64,000 bases of DNA from Minisyncoccota bacterium (lineage in GTDB: Bacteria > Patescibacteriota > Minisyncoccia > Phycocordibacterales > UBA918), in contig JBBDKG010000017.1 in the NCBI GenBank assembly GCA_040879435.1, positions 2,060-66,059 on the forward strand, written 5' to 3'. A program made the position numbers and the translations under genes. The notes beneath the pieces were generated by a model. That model ran no database searches and was not told where the DNA came from. It saw only the letters and a list, made by a program, of their open reading frames with translations. Positions 25,764-35,037 of the stretch are shown here, in pieces; position 1 is the stretch's first letter; each line of letters opens with the position of its first letter.

Positions 25764-26051
25764 ATGCAATACAATGTACCTATGAAACCAGAGGATCTAA
25801 AGAAAGCACCGAAGTTGTTTTGTGAAAATATTCAGACCGGGTACTCGAACGAATACTTTGTCATTGGGTTGCAGAGCGGCCACCAGGCGCAGGCGTACGC
25901 GCTTTCTCCCGCACACACGAAGCGACTGATGCAGAAACTTGCCTATGAGCTGGAAGAGTTCGAAAAGAAACACGGAAAGATAACCGCGCAGTGGGACCCG
26001 AATGTGGTGAGCCCTGTTCAGAAAGCGAACCCACCTCTTGAGAGTAGCTAG
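25764..26051 (+). CDS. small conserved hypothetical protein (DUF3467-like)
   Basis: 95 aa. YSNEYFVIGLQSGHQAQAYALSPAHTKRLMQKLAYELEEFEKKHGKI resembles the DUF3467 family pattern. This is a from-memory similarity only. Confidence 0.45.
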   Translation: MQYNVPMKPEDLKKAPKLFCENIQTGYSNEYFVIGLQSGHQAQAYALSPAHTKRLMQKLAYELEEFEKKHGKITAQWDPNVVSPVQKANPPLESS

Positions 26052-26587
26052 ACCGCAACCTTGTATCTATAGAAGCAGAGTGCAAAGAGGAAGAAAAAGA
26101 GACCTGCAGCAATGAATGGGAAGGTGACGAAGCCAAACTCAATGAATGTGACCTCAGCGCAGTCGCCGCCGGCGAGTGTGCAGTTGATGAGCTCTGTGTC
26201 ACTCACCTGGAGACGTACACCCAGCTGCAATAGATGCTGGTAGACAGCTACCAAGAACCCCACACCTGAAAGCACTGCGCCATACAGCGCGACCGTGGTA
26301 TCCCTCACATACAGTGCGGTCCCGAACAGGAACACCTGCGGATACAGGAAGGCTCGCTGGAGCCAGCACAGACTGCACGGTGTATACCCAAAGACCTCCG
26401 AGTATACAAGGGTCAAAACGGAACCAAAGGCAGTGAGCAGAAATACTGCGTAGAGCGCGTAGTCCCGCACAACACCCGCCAGTGCACGTCGTGTATACCA
26501 GTCGATTATGAGCACGGCGCCGCCGATCAGCATGCCGATAGCGGCAAGTGATGACAGCTGGTTTACGGTCTCAATGATGCTGAACAT
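26048..26587 (-). CDS. disulfide bond formation protein B / BdbC-family thiol-disulfide oxidoreductase
   Basis: 179 aa, 4 TM, with the first Cys pair in YTPCSLCWLQR and a second pair C-x6-C (INCTLAGGDC) in a periplasmic loop. Confidence 0.65.
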   Translation of the reverse strand: MFSIIETVNQLSSLAAIGMLIGGAVLIIDWYTRRALAGVVRDYALYAVFLLTAFGSVLTLVYSEVFGYTPCSLCWLQRAFLYPQVFLFGTALYVRDTTVALYGAVLSGVGFLVAVYQHLLQLGVRLQVSDTELINCTLAGGDCAEVTFIEFGFVTFPFIAAGLFFFLFALCFYRYKVAV

Positions 26588-26589
26588 AT

Positions 26590-27690
26590 CTAGCTATGCA
26601 TAAACTCTACCACGTCACCATCCTGCACAACATACTCCTTCCCCTCCGTTCGGAGGGTTCCCTGCTCGCGGGCTTTTGCAGTTGAGCCTGCTGCCACCAG
26701 GTCCTCGAAGGCTGTGACCTGTGCACGGATGAATTTTGTCTTGAAGTCAGTATGAATGGCCGCACCTGCGTCCGGTGCAGTGCTTCCTCTCCTGACCGTC
26801 CACGCTCGGGTCTCTTTCTCGCCGGTGGTGAAGAATGAGATAAGGCCCAAGAGCGTATAGCATGCACGGATGAGTGAATCGATGCCACTCGCCTGCGAAC
26901 CGTACTCCCGGCGAAATTCATTCTTCTCAGACTCCTCAAGATCCTTCAACTCATGCTCGACACCTGCGTCAACTATGACGTACGCAGAACCGCTTGTTTC
27001 AAAGAATTCAACCAGCTCCTTCCACCGATCGTCGTTGGTCTCATCAAAGTTATATGCGTTGTGTTTCTTGTTGCAGACGTACAGAAATGGCTTCATGGTG
27101 AGCAGGTGGAGGGCTTGGACCAGCCCACGTTCTGCGTCAGTCATTTCAAACCCGTTCGCTAGTTTGCCACTCTCAAGGTGTGCCAGCAGTCTTTCAAGCA
27201 CTTCTTGCTCGGTCGCTGCCTCCTTGTCCCCACGCTTCACATCCCGTTCAAGATTCCCGATTCGCTTTGATACGGTCTCCGCGTCAGCCAGGATGAGTTC
27301 AAGGTTGATGACCTCGATATCGTGCATGGGGTCCACTGCACCGGAGACGTGGTGTACATCCGAGTCATCGAAGATACGTACTACCTCAGCGATCATATCA
27401 ACTTCTCTAATGTGTGAGAGGAACTTGTTGCCGAGTCCTTCACCAGACGCTGCACCCTGTACCAGCCCAGCTATGTCCACGAATTCGATGGCAGCGGGAA
27501 TGGTTTCAACAGATCCTGAGATAGTGGTGAGCGTATCGAGTCGGTCATCAGGCACGCCAACGATTCCCACTGATGGATCGATGGTACAGAACGGGTAGTT
27601 CTCTGCCGGTACGGCGCTTCGTGTGAGTGCATTAAAGAGCGTGGATTTTCCAACGTTCGGCAGCCCGACAATTCCAACACTCAATGACAT
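26590..27690 (-). CDS. ychF: ribosome-binding ATPase YchF (Obg-family GTPase)
   Basis: N-terminal G1 motif GIVGLPNVGKST, followed by a coiled-coil insert and a C-terminal TGS domain. 366 aa. Confidence 0.95.
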   Translation of the reverse strand: MSLSVGIVGLPNVGKSTLFNALTRSAVPAENYPFCTIDPSVGIVGVPDDRLDTLTTISGSVETIPAAIEFVDIAGLVQGAASGEGLGNKFLSHIREVDMIAEVVRIFDDSDVHHVSGAVDPMHDIEVINLELILADAETVSKRIGNLERDVKRGDKEAATEQEVLERLLAHLESGKLANGFEMTDAERGLVQALHLLTMKPFLYVCNKKHNAYNFDETNDDRWKELVEFFETSGSAYVIVDAGVEHELKDLEESEKNEFRREYGSQASGIDSLIRACYTLLGLISFFTTGEKETRAWTVRRGSTAPDAGAAIHTDFKTKFIRAQVTAFEDLVAAGSTAKAREQGTLRTEGKEYVVQDGDVVEFMHS

Positions 27691-27705
27691 AGTGGCGTTA
27701 GCGTA

Positions 27706-27752
27706 TCAGAAATTAGAAAAAGAAAAAGCCGCGCGGTTGCCCACGCGGCTCG
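27706..27752 (-). terminator. intrinsic terminator downstream of 27758..28165
   Basis: Minus strand reads CGAGCCGCGTGGGCAACCGCGCGGCTTTTTCTTTTTCT, a GC-rich hairpin followed by a long U-run. Confidence 0.6.
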
Positions 27753-27757
27753 ATCGA

Positions 27758-28165
27758 TCACCCGGTCACCAGATCCCAGGCTTTTATCCTTTCAGGAACG
27801 TCCGGATTCTTTATGAAGTGATAGACCGGGTTTCGGCATATCTGAGGCACCATCTCGAACAGTCTGACATCGTTCGGCTCCGCATCAGAGCGTTCCCTTA
27901 GGAGGAACCGGGGAGTGCCACGATCGGTCAGAGGTGCCGCAAAGACCCCTTCGCGTATGTCCCCATTTCCATCCCGGTATGAGCGCACACAGCCGAATAC
28001 TCCTTCCGGGAAACGTTTGATCGCCTCCCGAGAGTGCTGAAGGAAACGACGAGCACGCGCGTCAGGTACGTCTGCGGTATTAAATGCAAAAGCCACTTTT
28101 TGGCCTCCTCTTGAGTAATGTACACATGGCCCTCCGCCACGCGAGACATGGTAGCACACAATCAA
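27758..28165 (-). CDS. hypothetical protein
   Basis: 135-aa ORF. A standalone unit with its own terminator. No family recognised. Confidence 0.35.
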   Translation of the reverse strand: MIVCYHVSRGGGPCVHYSRGGQKVAFAFNTADVPDARARRFLQHSREAIKRFPEGVFGCVRSYRDGNGDIREGVFAAPLTDRGTPRFLLRERSDAEPNDVRLFEMVPQICRNPVYHFIKNPDVPERIKAWDLVTG

Positions 28166-28184
28166 TGCTGTTCAATAAGAGGCA

Positions 28185-28763
28185 CTATATACCCTTCTCA
28201 CCCAGATCAGCAATCTCTCCAAGCCAGTCTTCGCGACAGGTGTCAGACACGTGGTCACACGGACCATACGCAGATACCTTCGTTTTGATACCTGCAAATT
28301 CAAGGATGCCGTACTGGATCTCGTTTGTGTAGTCTCCGAACTTCCACCACGTTTTGAACGGACTGTGTGTACCGGCGACAATTACCACACGCGCAGTCTT
28401 TCCCTTAAGCCGTTGAATGAGCTTCTTAGTCTCCTTATCAAAATTGAATGCAAAACCCGGGAGCCACATTCGGTCAAATAGGCCTTTCAGAAGTGCCGGC
28501 ATCGTACACCACCAATTGGGGTATGCAATAAAGATATGATCGGCGTTGTTGATCTTCTCCTGAAGGAGGATAAGGTCAGGTTCCAGCTCCTGTATCTCTT
28601 TGTATCCTTTGTGCAGTATCGGATCAAAATCCAACTCACCGATGTTCACCCGCTCGACCTCATGTCCTGCCTCACGCGCTGCAGATTCGTATCGGTCAGC
28701 TATTCGTCCGGTGAAGGTGTCCTTGTCCGGGTTTCCTAGTATTACGAGGATCTTTTTTGCCAT
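28185..28763 (-). CDS. flavodoxin-like fold NAD(P)H-dependent FMN reductase / NAD(P)H:quinone oxidoreductase family protein
   Basis: MAKKILVILGNPDKDTF... start is typical of the Flavodoxin_2/FMN_red family. The ORF extends upstream to 28868, but the internal Met fits family length (~190 aa). Confidence 0.65.
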   Translation of the reverse strand: MAKKILVILGNPDKDTFTGRIADRYESAAREAGHEVERVNIGELDFDPILHKGYKEIQELEPDLILLQEKINNADHIFIAYPNWWCTMPALLKGLFDRMWLPGFAFNFDKETKKLIQRLKGKTARVVIVAGTHSPFKTWWKFGDYTNEIQYGILEFAGIKTKVSAYGPCDHVSDTCREDWLGEIADLGEKGI

Positions 28764-28824
28764 GTGTCTCAGTATACGTTCCAACGTGCAATGCTGAAAG
28801 CGTGTGGTGTGAAAAGCAGGTGCG

Positions 28825-29139
28825 CTACCGTCTGATACTTCCGTTCGGATTGAACTTTCCCTGTACACCTCCCTGCATCTGCAGTAGCTTTGCCTTTGTC
28901 TCCGGACTCATGGATTTTTGAAGCTCTGCTTGATATTTCGGCAACACCTTCATAGCTGCGGCCATCTGATTGTTACCGTTCTTCTTTAGCTCCTCCTGCA
29001 TGTCCTTCGCAATCTTCTCAAACAACTTTGGATCCTTCTCCACCATTTCCATGATCAACTGCCGCTGATCCTCCGGTACATTCTTAAGCTGAGACTGGAT
29101 AAGTTTTTTAACTGCGTAGTTCTTTATTTTTCCAAACAT
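28825..29139 (-). CDS. hypothetical small alpha-helical protein
   Basis: 104 aa, K/E/Q-rich. If the longer upstream ORF were real they would overlap; the internal start of the neighbour avoids this. Confidence 0.35.
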   Translation of the reverse strand: MFGKIKNYAVKKLIQSQLKNVPEDQRQLIMEMVEKDPKLFEKIAKDMQEELKKNGNNQMAAAMKVLPKYQAELQKSMSPETKAKLLQMQGGVQGKFNPNGSIRR

Positions 29140-29191
29140 TTCGCTATTTTATCAGACTGTTCACTGTATGGAAAACCAAAATTACCAAATA

Positions 29192-29220
29192 TTGACAACA
29201 TCGCATTAGTGATGTATCTT
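29192..29220 (+). promoter_or_regulatory. candidate promoter TTGACAAC-N17-TGATGTATCTT for the MFP/RND operon
   Basis: TTGACA at 29192-29197 and TATCTT at 29215-29220, about 35 nt upstream of the MFP ATG. The motif TTGACAAC...TGATGTATCTT is shared with the promoter at 22224. Confidence 0.4.
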
Positions 29221-29254
29221 TGGAGCCTTATTCATCACTGACCGAGAGAACGAT

Positions 29255-30835
29255 ATGAATGTTGTACGAAGTGTTGTGAACGACTTTATCACCTATTTCA
29301 ACCCGAAAACGCGCACAGGTCTCATTCGACTTGGTATCGCTGTGGCAGCGGTCGCTGTAGTCGGTGTTTTTGCGTTTCAGAATGGCGAAGAAGCTACCCC
29401 AGCTGAAGAGCAGGTACGCGGTGTGCAGATAGAACAAGTAGGTTCGTTCGGTACTGGTGGCGCTCTCACTCTCGTTGGTACTGTAAAGGCAGTTGATCAG
29501 GCGACACTCCAGGCCGAGGCCGGTGGGCGGGTGACAGCTGTACGGGTGGGACTTGGCGATACTGTCCGAGCTGGCTCTGTTATTGCAACGCTTGAGAACA
29601 GCAGTCAGTATGCGGCTGTTCTGCAGGCAGAGGGCTCATATGAGGCGGCGCTTGCTGCAGCAGCGCAAAGCGACATCGGCGTCGATCAGTCGCAGACCTC
29701 CCTTGTACAGGCGAAGAACAATGCGGTCAGTGTCGTACGCGGAGCATACAACACAGCCAACAGTGCGGTTCGAAACAACATCGACACCTTTTTCACCTCT
29801 CCTGATGCGCAGTTCACTCCCGGACTCCGGCTCGAAGGATACGGATACACATCATATCTCAATAACGAACGCGTATCGTTTCAGAATATCCTGACCCAGT
29901 GGCGCGGCGAAGCAGATACGCTTGATGTCAATGACGACCTCACCGCCGCTCTTTCTGCTGCAGAACAATGGACCGAGCGTATCATTGAAATGGTAGAGAC
30001 ATTCATTGTTCTATTGAATGATCAGCCGTCAGCAAGCGGTCGGTACACCAGCACCGAACTTGCGTCATACAGCGTGACCTTCTCCGCTCTTCGTGCGGAA
30101 CTGAACGCTACTCTCTTGTCCATCGAAAATGCCCGAACGACACTGCAAAGCGCAGAAGAAGGTGTGAGCCGAGCCAAGATCGGAGGCACCGGCGGTACTG
30201 TTTCCGCTGCGAACGCTAGTGTAAAGCAGGCGCTTGGCGCACTACGCAGCGCGCAGTCAACATACAACAAGACCATCATCCGCTCTCCGATCACAGGAGT
30301 GGTACAAACGCTGTCTGTTGATACTGGTGATTATGTGAGCGCATTCACGACCGTTGCGACCGTTGCCAACCAGAACGCTCTCGAGGTCACGACCTTTATA
30401 AGTTCTGCTGAAAGAGAGCGTATTGCGGTTGGAGACGTCGTAATGTTGCAGGACGGTGGCGAAGGGGTTGTTGTCGCGATCGCTCCGGCTGTTGACGCTG
30501 CGACCGGAAAGATCGAGGTAAAGATCCAGAGTCAGAGTGAGTTGCTTCAAAATGGTGATGTTATTGAACTCACGCTTGCCGGCGACGCTCCCGACACTAC
30601 CAGTGTGTCGACCGGACCGATCACCATCCCGATTGCAGCTATCAAGGTAGAGACCGACCGCATGGTGGTGTTCACCGTTACCGACGAGAATATTCTTGTA
30701 GCACACAAAGTGACTGTCGGGCCGCTTCTCGGTTCAGAGATCGTGATCATCGACGGCATTACAACCGACATGGAGATCGTAACCGACGCGCGCGGCCTCA
30801 ATGAAGGCGACCGCGTCACTATCCTGCCGAACTAG
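29255..30835 (+). CDS. efflux RND transporter periplasmic adaptor subunit (membrane fusion protein, HlyD-like)
   Basis: N-terminal TM anchor followed by a long coiled-coil hairpin region (A/Q/S-rich) and C-terminal beta-barrel/MP domains (IIRSPITGVVQTLSVDTGDYV). 526 aa. Confidence 0.8.
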   Translation: MNVVRSVVNDFITYFNPKTRTGLIRLGIAVAAVAVVGVFAFQNGEEATPAEEQVRGVQIEQVGSFGTGGALTLVGTVKAVDQATLQAEAGGRVTAVRVGLGDTVRAGSVIATLENSSQYAAVLQAEGSYEAALAAAAQSDIGVDQSQTSLVQAKNNAVSVVRGAYNTANSAVRNNIDTFFTSPDAQFTPGLRLEGYGYTSYLNNERVSFQNILTQWRGEADTLDVNDDLTAALSAAEQWTERIIEMVETFIVLLNDQPSASGRYTSTELASYSVTFSALRAELNATLLSIENARTTLQSAEEGVSRAKIGGTGGTVSAANASVKQALGALRSAQSTYNKTIIRSPITGVVQTLSVDTGDYVSAFTTVATVANQNALEVTTFISSAERERIAVGDVVMLQDGGEGVVVAIAPAVDAATGKIEVKIQSQSELLQNGDVIELTLAGDAPDTTSVSTGPITIPIAAIKVETDRMVVFTVTDENILVAHKVTVGPLLGSEIVIIDGITTDMEIVTDARGLNEGDRVTILPN

Positions 30836-30851
30836 TGTTATCCCTCATACT

Positions 30852-33800
30852 ATGTATACCGTCTGGAGCTTCTTCACCCATAAACGAAACTTTAGCTTTC
30901 TTGTACTCGGCGCGCTGATCGTCGCCGGGCTCTTTTCAGTGTTCTCGATCCAAAAGGAATCAAATCCTGAGGTGAAGATCCCAATGGGGATCGTCACCAC
31001 TACACTTCCCGGAGCATCGGCGGCCGATATGGAAACACTGGTCACGAACGAGATCGAGACAGTACTTGCCGGTTCCCTTTCGAATGTGAATCAGATCACC
31101 TCGGTGTCACAGCAGGGGGTGTCGACTGTCACCGTCGAGTTCAATGCGAGTGCGGACCTTGATAAGTCGATTCAGGACCTCAAGGACCGAGTGGATACTG
31201 TTGTCTCGGAGCTACCGGAAGATGCCAGCGATCCGCGCGTATTCGAAGTGGACTTCTCGCAGCAGCCGGTCCTCACATTCGCAGTGGCGGGCGACCTGCC
31301 TCCGTCTGAGTTCGCTACCCTCGGGCGCCAGCTGGAAGACAACCTTGAATCAATTCCAGGCGTTTCCAGCGTCTCAGTCTCCGGTGCACCGGAACGTGAG
31401 GTACAGGTGATCGTACGGCAAGAAGCGTTGCAGTCATTCGGGCTCTCACTCGCTGACGTCGTGTCCGCTATTCGTCGATCGAACGTGAACATACCGGTAG
31501 GGGCCATTGAAATGAATGGTGTTTCATATAACCTGCAGTTCGAAGCGGATATCGCGGATACATCCGAGGTTGGAAACATCATCGTGGCGAGTGAGAACGG
31601 GCGCCTTATATACGTCCGTGACGTGGCGCTCGTCGCTGACGGACTCAGTGAGATGACCTCCCTTTCACGTGTGTCGGTCGACGGTGAACCGTCCATGCCG
31701 TCTCTCTCGTTCGATGTCCAGAAGCGCACTGGCGGTAATGTTACCGAGATCACGCGCGCAGTGAACGAACGGCTTGAGGAATTGCAGCAGCAGGACGGAC
31801 TCCTCGAAGGTCTCACGGTGGTCACCATCTTTGATACCGGTGACTATCTGTTGCAGGACCTCATCACCCTTTCCACCAGCGGTATTCTCGCTGTGGTACT
31901 CGTAATGATCGTGCTCTTCCTCACCATCGGCTGGCGCGAGTCGCTGGTCGCTGGTCTTTCCATCCCTATCTCGTTCATGATCGCGTTCCTAGGACTTCTC
32001 ATGTCAGGGAATACGTTGAACTTCATATCACTATTCGCTTTGATCCTGTCGGTCGGTATTCTCGTCGACTCGGCTATTGTGATTGTGGAGGGGATCCATA
32101 CCAACATGCGCGCGTGGATGAAGGCAGAAAAGGACGCGGCAGTCGTCCCCACAAATCCACTGATGCGCACAGTTGCCATACGAAGCTCAGACTTTGGTGA
32201 GGTGGACAAGAAAAGCGCAGCGCTCAAGACCATTCGTGACTTCCATACCCCGGTGACCGCAGGGACAATGACCACGGTCGCTGTCTTCGTCCCTCTTTTC
32301 TTTATCTCGGGTATCGTCGGTGAGTTCATCAAGTCCATCCCGTTCACCATCATCTTTGTCCTCCTTGCTTCGCTGGTGGTCGCTCTCGGGTTCGTTCCCC
32401 TCATCGCATCTCTCGTGCTCAAGCGTCGCATGACCAGCAGGCTTGAAGAACGACAGGAGGAATACACGAATCGTGCGCTTGCGTGGTACAAAGGGATCCT
32501 TTCACGGTTCCTTCATGACCGGACACTTAGCAACCGCTTTCTCGCCCTGGTCATCGGTCTTTTCTTTGCAACGCCGATCCTGCCGATCAAAGGCATGTTC
32601 GCAGCCGCGATCTTCTGCGCGATCGTGAGTGGTACACTCTACCTTCTTCTCGAGCGAAATATTCGCTGGCTCATCCTGATGCCCGCTCTCATTGCATCGA
32701 TCGTACTTGCAAGCGTTCTGACCACGTTCCTTCCGTCATTTGCGACCATGAAGGTTGAGTTCTTCCCTGTTGGTGACGAGGACTTCCTTATTGTGGAGAT
32801 GGAGCTGCCTGAAGGCACGGTACTTGATGCATCTGAACTAGAAGCACGAAAGGTGGAAGAGATCCTCTATACAGAACCGACAATTGAATCATTCGTTATG
32901 ACCGTGGGTGGCTCGAGTGCATACTCAGGCACAGGAGCTAGTGCAGGAAGCAAACTTGCGAACGCATTCGTTCAGCTCTATGGAGATCGTAACGAAACGA
33001 GCGCTGAGGTGGCTGACCGTCTTTCTGAAAGTCTTTCAAGTATCCAAACATCTGAGATCCGGGTCACACAACTTGCGGGAGGTCCTCCTGTTGGAACACC
33101 GGTCCTGATCACATTTCGTGGCGAGGATCTTGAACAACTTGAAATGCTTGCGGTGGAGGCTGCACGCATCCTGGAGACGATAGAGGGTACGAACGCCATC
33201 ACGACCAGCACCAAGGATGATAGTCTGGAATTCCTCCTGACGGTCAACAAAGCAAAGGCGGCAGTCCTTGGTGTAGACCCTGCAGCGATCGCTGATACTG
33301 TGCGTACTGCTGTGTATGGCAGTACCGCCACAACCATCAACGTGGAAGAGGATATCGACGTTGTCGTGCAGATGGCACTGAACCGTGACTACCTCGACCC
33401 GCATGACACCAACCAGACAACAATCGACGCAGTGAAGCAACTTACCATCCAGACACCAAACGGTCCGGTATTGCTCGGTAGTGTGGTCGATGTTGAGCTT
33501 GCACGCGGTAGTGCAGCTATTCGCCACGATGATGAGAAGCGTATTGCAACAGCGGAAAGTCAGCTGGCTGACGGCGGGAACGTCGCTTTGATCGTCGCTG
33601 AGTTCGAACGTCGTGCAGCAGAAGAGCTCACCGTTCCTGAAGGTGTGGAAATGGTCATTGGCGGACAGAACGAAGAAACGGATCAATCATTTGCGGAAAT
33701 GGGGTACGCGATCATCGCGGGCTTGGTCCTCATGTTCTCCATTATCGTGCTGATGTTCAACTCATTCCGACATGCCATCTACGTCATTGCGCCCGCTTTC

Positions 33801-34178
33801 CTTTCCTTCATTGGTATCGCACTTGGCCTTACGCTCACCGGCAATGCGCTCTCCTTCCCGGCACTTATGGGACTTATTGCACTCGTAGGTATCGTGGTGA
33901 ACAACTCGATCATTTTGATCGATGTGATGAACTCACTCCGACGTGAACATCCGGAATGGGATAAAGCACAGTTCGTGCTTGAGGGTGCATCGTCCCGACT
34001 TCGCCCGATCCTCCTTACCACCACAACCACTGTGATCGGTATCGTACCGCTTCTCTTCACTGCTTCCTTCTGGGCACCGCTCGCACTTTCGATCATCTTT
34101 GGCCTCTCGTTCGCGGTGATCATCACCCTTGTGATGATCCCGATCATATACTTCCGCAACCCGGGATCGATCGACTAG
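30852..34178 (+). CDS. efflux RND transporter permease subunit (AcrB/HAE family)
   Basis: About 1108 aa with 12 TM in two 6-TM bundles, two large periplasmic loops and typical RND segments (SVGILVDSAIVIVEGI, GIVVNNSIILID). ATG at 30852 avoids overlap with the MFP gene. Confidence 0.85.
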   Translation: MYTVWSFFTHKRNFSFLVLGALIVAGLFSVFSIQKESNPEVKIPMGIVTTTLPGASAADMETLVTNEIETVLAGSLSNVNQITSVSQQGVSTVTVEFNASADLDKSIQDLKDRVDTVVSELPEDASDPRVFEVDFSQQPVLTFAVAGDLPPSEFATLGRQLEDNLESIPGVSSVSVSGAPEREVQVIVRQEALQSFGLSLADVVSAIRRSNVNIPVGAIEMNGVSYNLQFEADIADTSEVGNIIVASENGRLIYVRDVALVADGLSEMTSLSRVSVDGEPSMPSLSFDVQKRTGGNVTEITRAVNERLEELQQQDGLLEGLTVVTIFDTGDYLLQDLITLSTSGILAVVLVMIVLFLTIGWRESLVAGLSIPISFMIAFLGLLMSGNTLNFISLFALILSVGILVDSAIVIVEGIHTNMRAWMKAEKDAAVVPTNPLMRTVAIRSSDFGEVDKKSAALKTIRDFHTPVTAGTMTTVAVFVPLFFISGIVGEFIKSIPFTIIFVLLASLVVALGFVPLIASLVLKRRMTSRLEERQEEYTNRALAWYKGILSRFLHDRTLSNRFLALVIGLFFATPILPIKGMFAAAIFCAIVSGTLYLLLERNIRWLILMPALIASIVLASVLTTFLPSFATMKVEFFPVGDEDFLIVEMELPEGTVLDASELEARKVEEILYTEPTIESFVMTVGGSSAYSGTGASAGSKLANAFVQLYGDRNETSAEVADRLSESLSSIQTSEIRVTQLAGGPPVGTPVLITFRGEDLEQLEMLAVEAARILETIEGTNAITTSTKDDSLEFLLTVNKAKAAVLGVDPAAIADTVRTAVYGSTATTINVEEDIDVVVQMALNRDYLDPHDTNQTTIDAVKQLTIQTPNGPVLLGSVVDVELARGSAAIRHDDEKRIATAESQLADGGNVALIVAEFERRAAEELTVPEGVEMVIGGQNEETDQSFAEMGYAIIAGLVLMFSIIVLMFNSFRHAIYVIAPAFLSFIGIALGLTLTGNALSFPALMGLIALVGIVVNNSIILIDVMNSLRREHPEWDKAQFVLEGASSRLRPILLTTTTTVIGIVPLLFTASFWAPLALSIIFGLSFAVIITLVMIPIIYFRNPGSID

Positions 34179-34181
34179 CTT

Positions 34182-34226
34182 CAACACAACAAAAGCCAAC
34201 GACATACGTTGGCTTTTGTTGTGTTG
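34182..34226. terminator. bidirectional terminator: perfect 20-bp inverted repeat CAACACAACAAAAGCCAACG-acata-CGTTGGCTTTTGTTGTGTTG
   Basis: Lies between the convergent RND gene (ends 34178, +) and the membrane-protein gene (ends 34237, -). Confidence 0.7.
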
Positions 34227-34236
34227 GAGGTTCTGG

Positions 34237-34743
34237 TTATACCTTCGTCTTGAAGTATGCAAGCGTACCGTTGATGGCAAGTATTGCCACGATTACGATC
34301 GCAAGATACATGGTGAAAAACTGCGTGTATGAGAGCCCTACAAGGCCGATGGTCGAAAAGAAATACAATACGGCAAGCATGTACCATGAACCGGCCTGAA
34401 GTGCAGGCCCGAGGAAACGTGGCATGCGGTGTATGGTCATGAGTATTGCGTTTGCGAACAACACGAGCACTACCGTCCACGCAGCGAGTATGAACGGGTA
34501 CAGTGCATATGTGCCAGTTGCAATGTATACGAGGAGTGCTTGTCCGACCATTGTGAGGAGAATAGCGATCATCGCAATGCGAAGGATCGTATAGACAACG
34601 CCCATAAGGCGACGTTCTGATTGATCCATGTTGTTGTCCCGTACGGCGACAATATAGTTGACGACTGCGAGTGTGGATGAACCGACACCGAGTGAGACTG
34701 CGAGACTTTGTGTGAACGCAAGAATGAGGTATGTAATTTCCAT
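34237..34743 (-). CDS. hypothetical polytopic membrane protein (5 TM)
   Basis: 168 aa, very hydrophobic. A consensus TATAAT lies 8 nt upstream of the ATG (34752-34757), suggesting a leaderless transcript. Confidence 0.45.
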   Translation of the reverse strand: MEITYLILAFTQSLAVSLGVGSSTLAVVNYIVAVRDNNMDQSERRLMGVVYTILRIAMIAILLTMVGQALLVYIATGTYALYPFILAAWTVVLVLFANAILMTIHRMPRFLGPALQAGSWYMLAVLYFFSTIGLVGLSYTQFFTMYLAIVIVAILAINGTLAYFKTKV

Positions 34744-34830
34744 ATGGTTGTATTATATGACCTTCCGACTCAATGTTCGTATTAGGTTATACACAATCGT
34801 ATTTATTTGCTACACTTCTCCTGGACAGTT

Positions 34831-34857
34831 CATGCGCATCTCCTCCGTATGCGCATG
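34831..34857. promoter_or_regulatory. palindromic repeat CATGCGCAT-N9-ATGCGCATG (candidate operator)
   Basis: Two self-complementary ATGCGCAT octamers at 34832-34839 and 34849-34856. They sit ~90 bp upstream of the -10 of the 34237..34743 gene. Confidence 0.3.
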
Positions 34858-35006
34858 AGCGCCGAATACTGATCTGTCACATGCGAACCGCAGTCCCCAA
34901 CCCGCCGTTACTCCAGCGGTTCGTTTAACGACACTGATGTACTAGGCGCCTTGCGGCCGGCTCTCAGAATAGAGTCGGCCGCCTCCTATTTTGTATCAAC
35001 CACTAG

Positions 35007-35037
35007 AAAATGCCCGGAAATTGCCCGGGCATTTTGT
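35007..35037. terminator. bidirectional-type terminator hairpin AAAATGCCCGG-aaattgc-CCGGGCATTTT
   Basis: A-run / GC stem / T-run symmetric element immediately downstream of the minus-strand gene 35038..35319. Confidence 0.5.
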
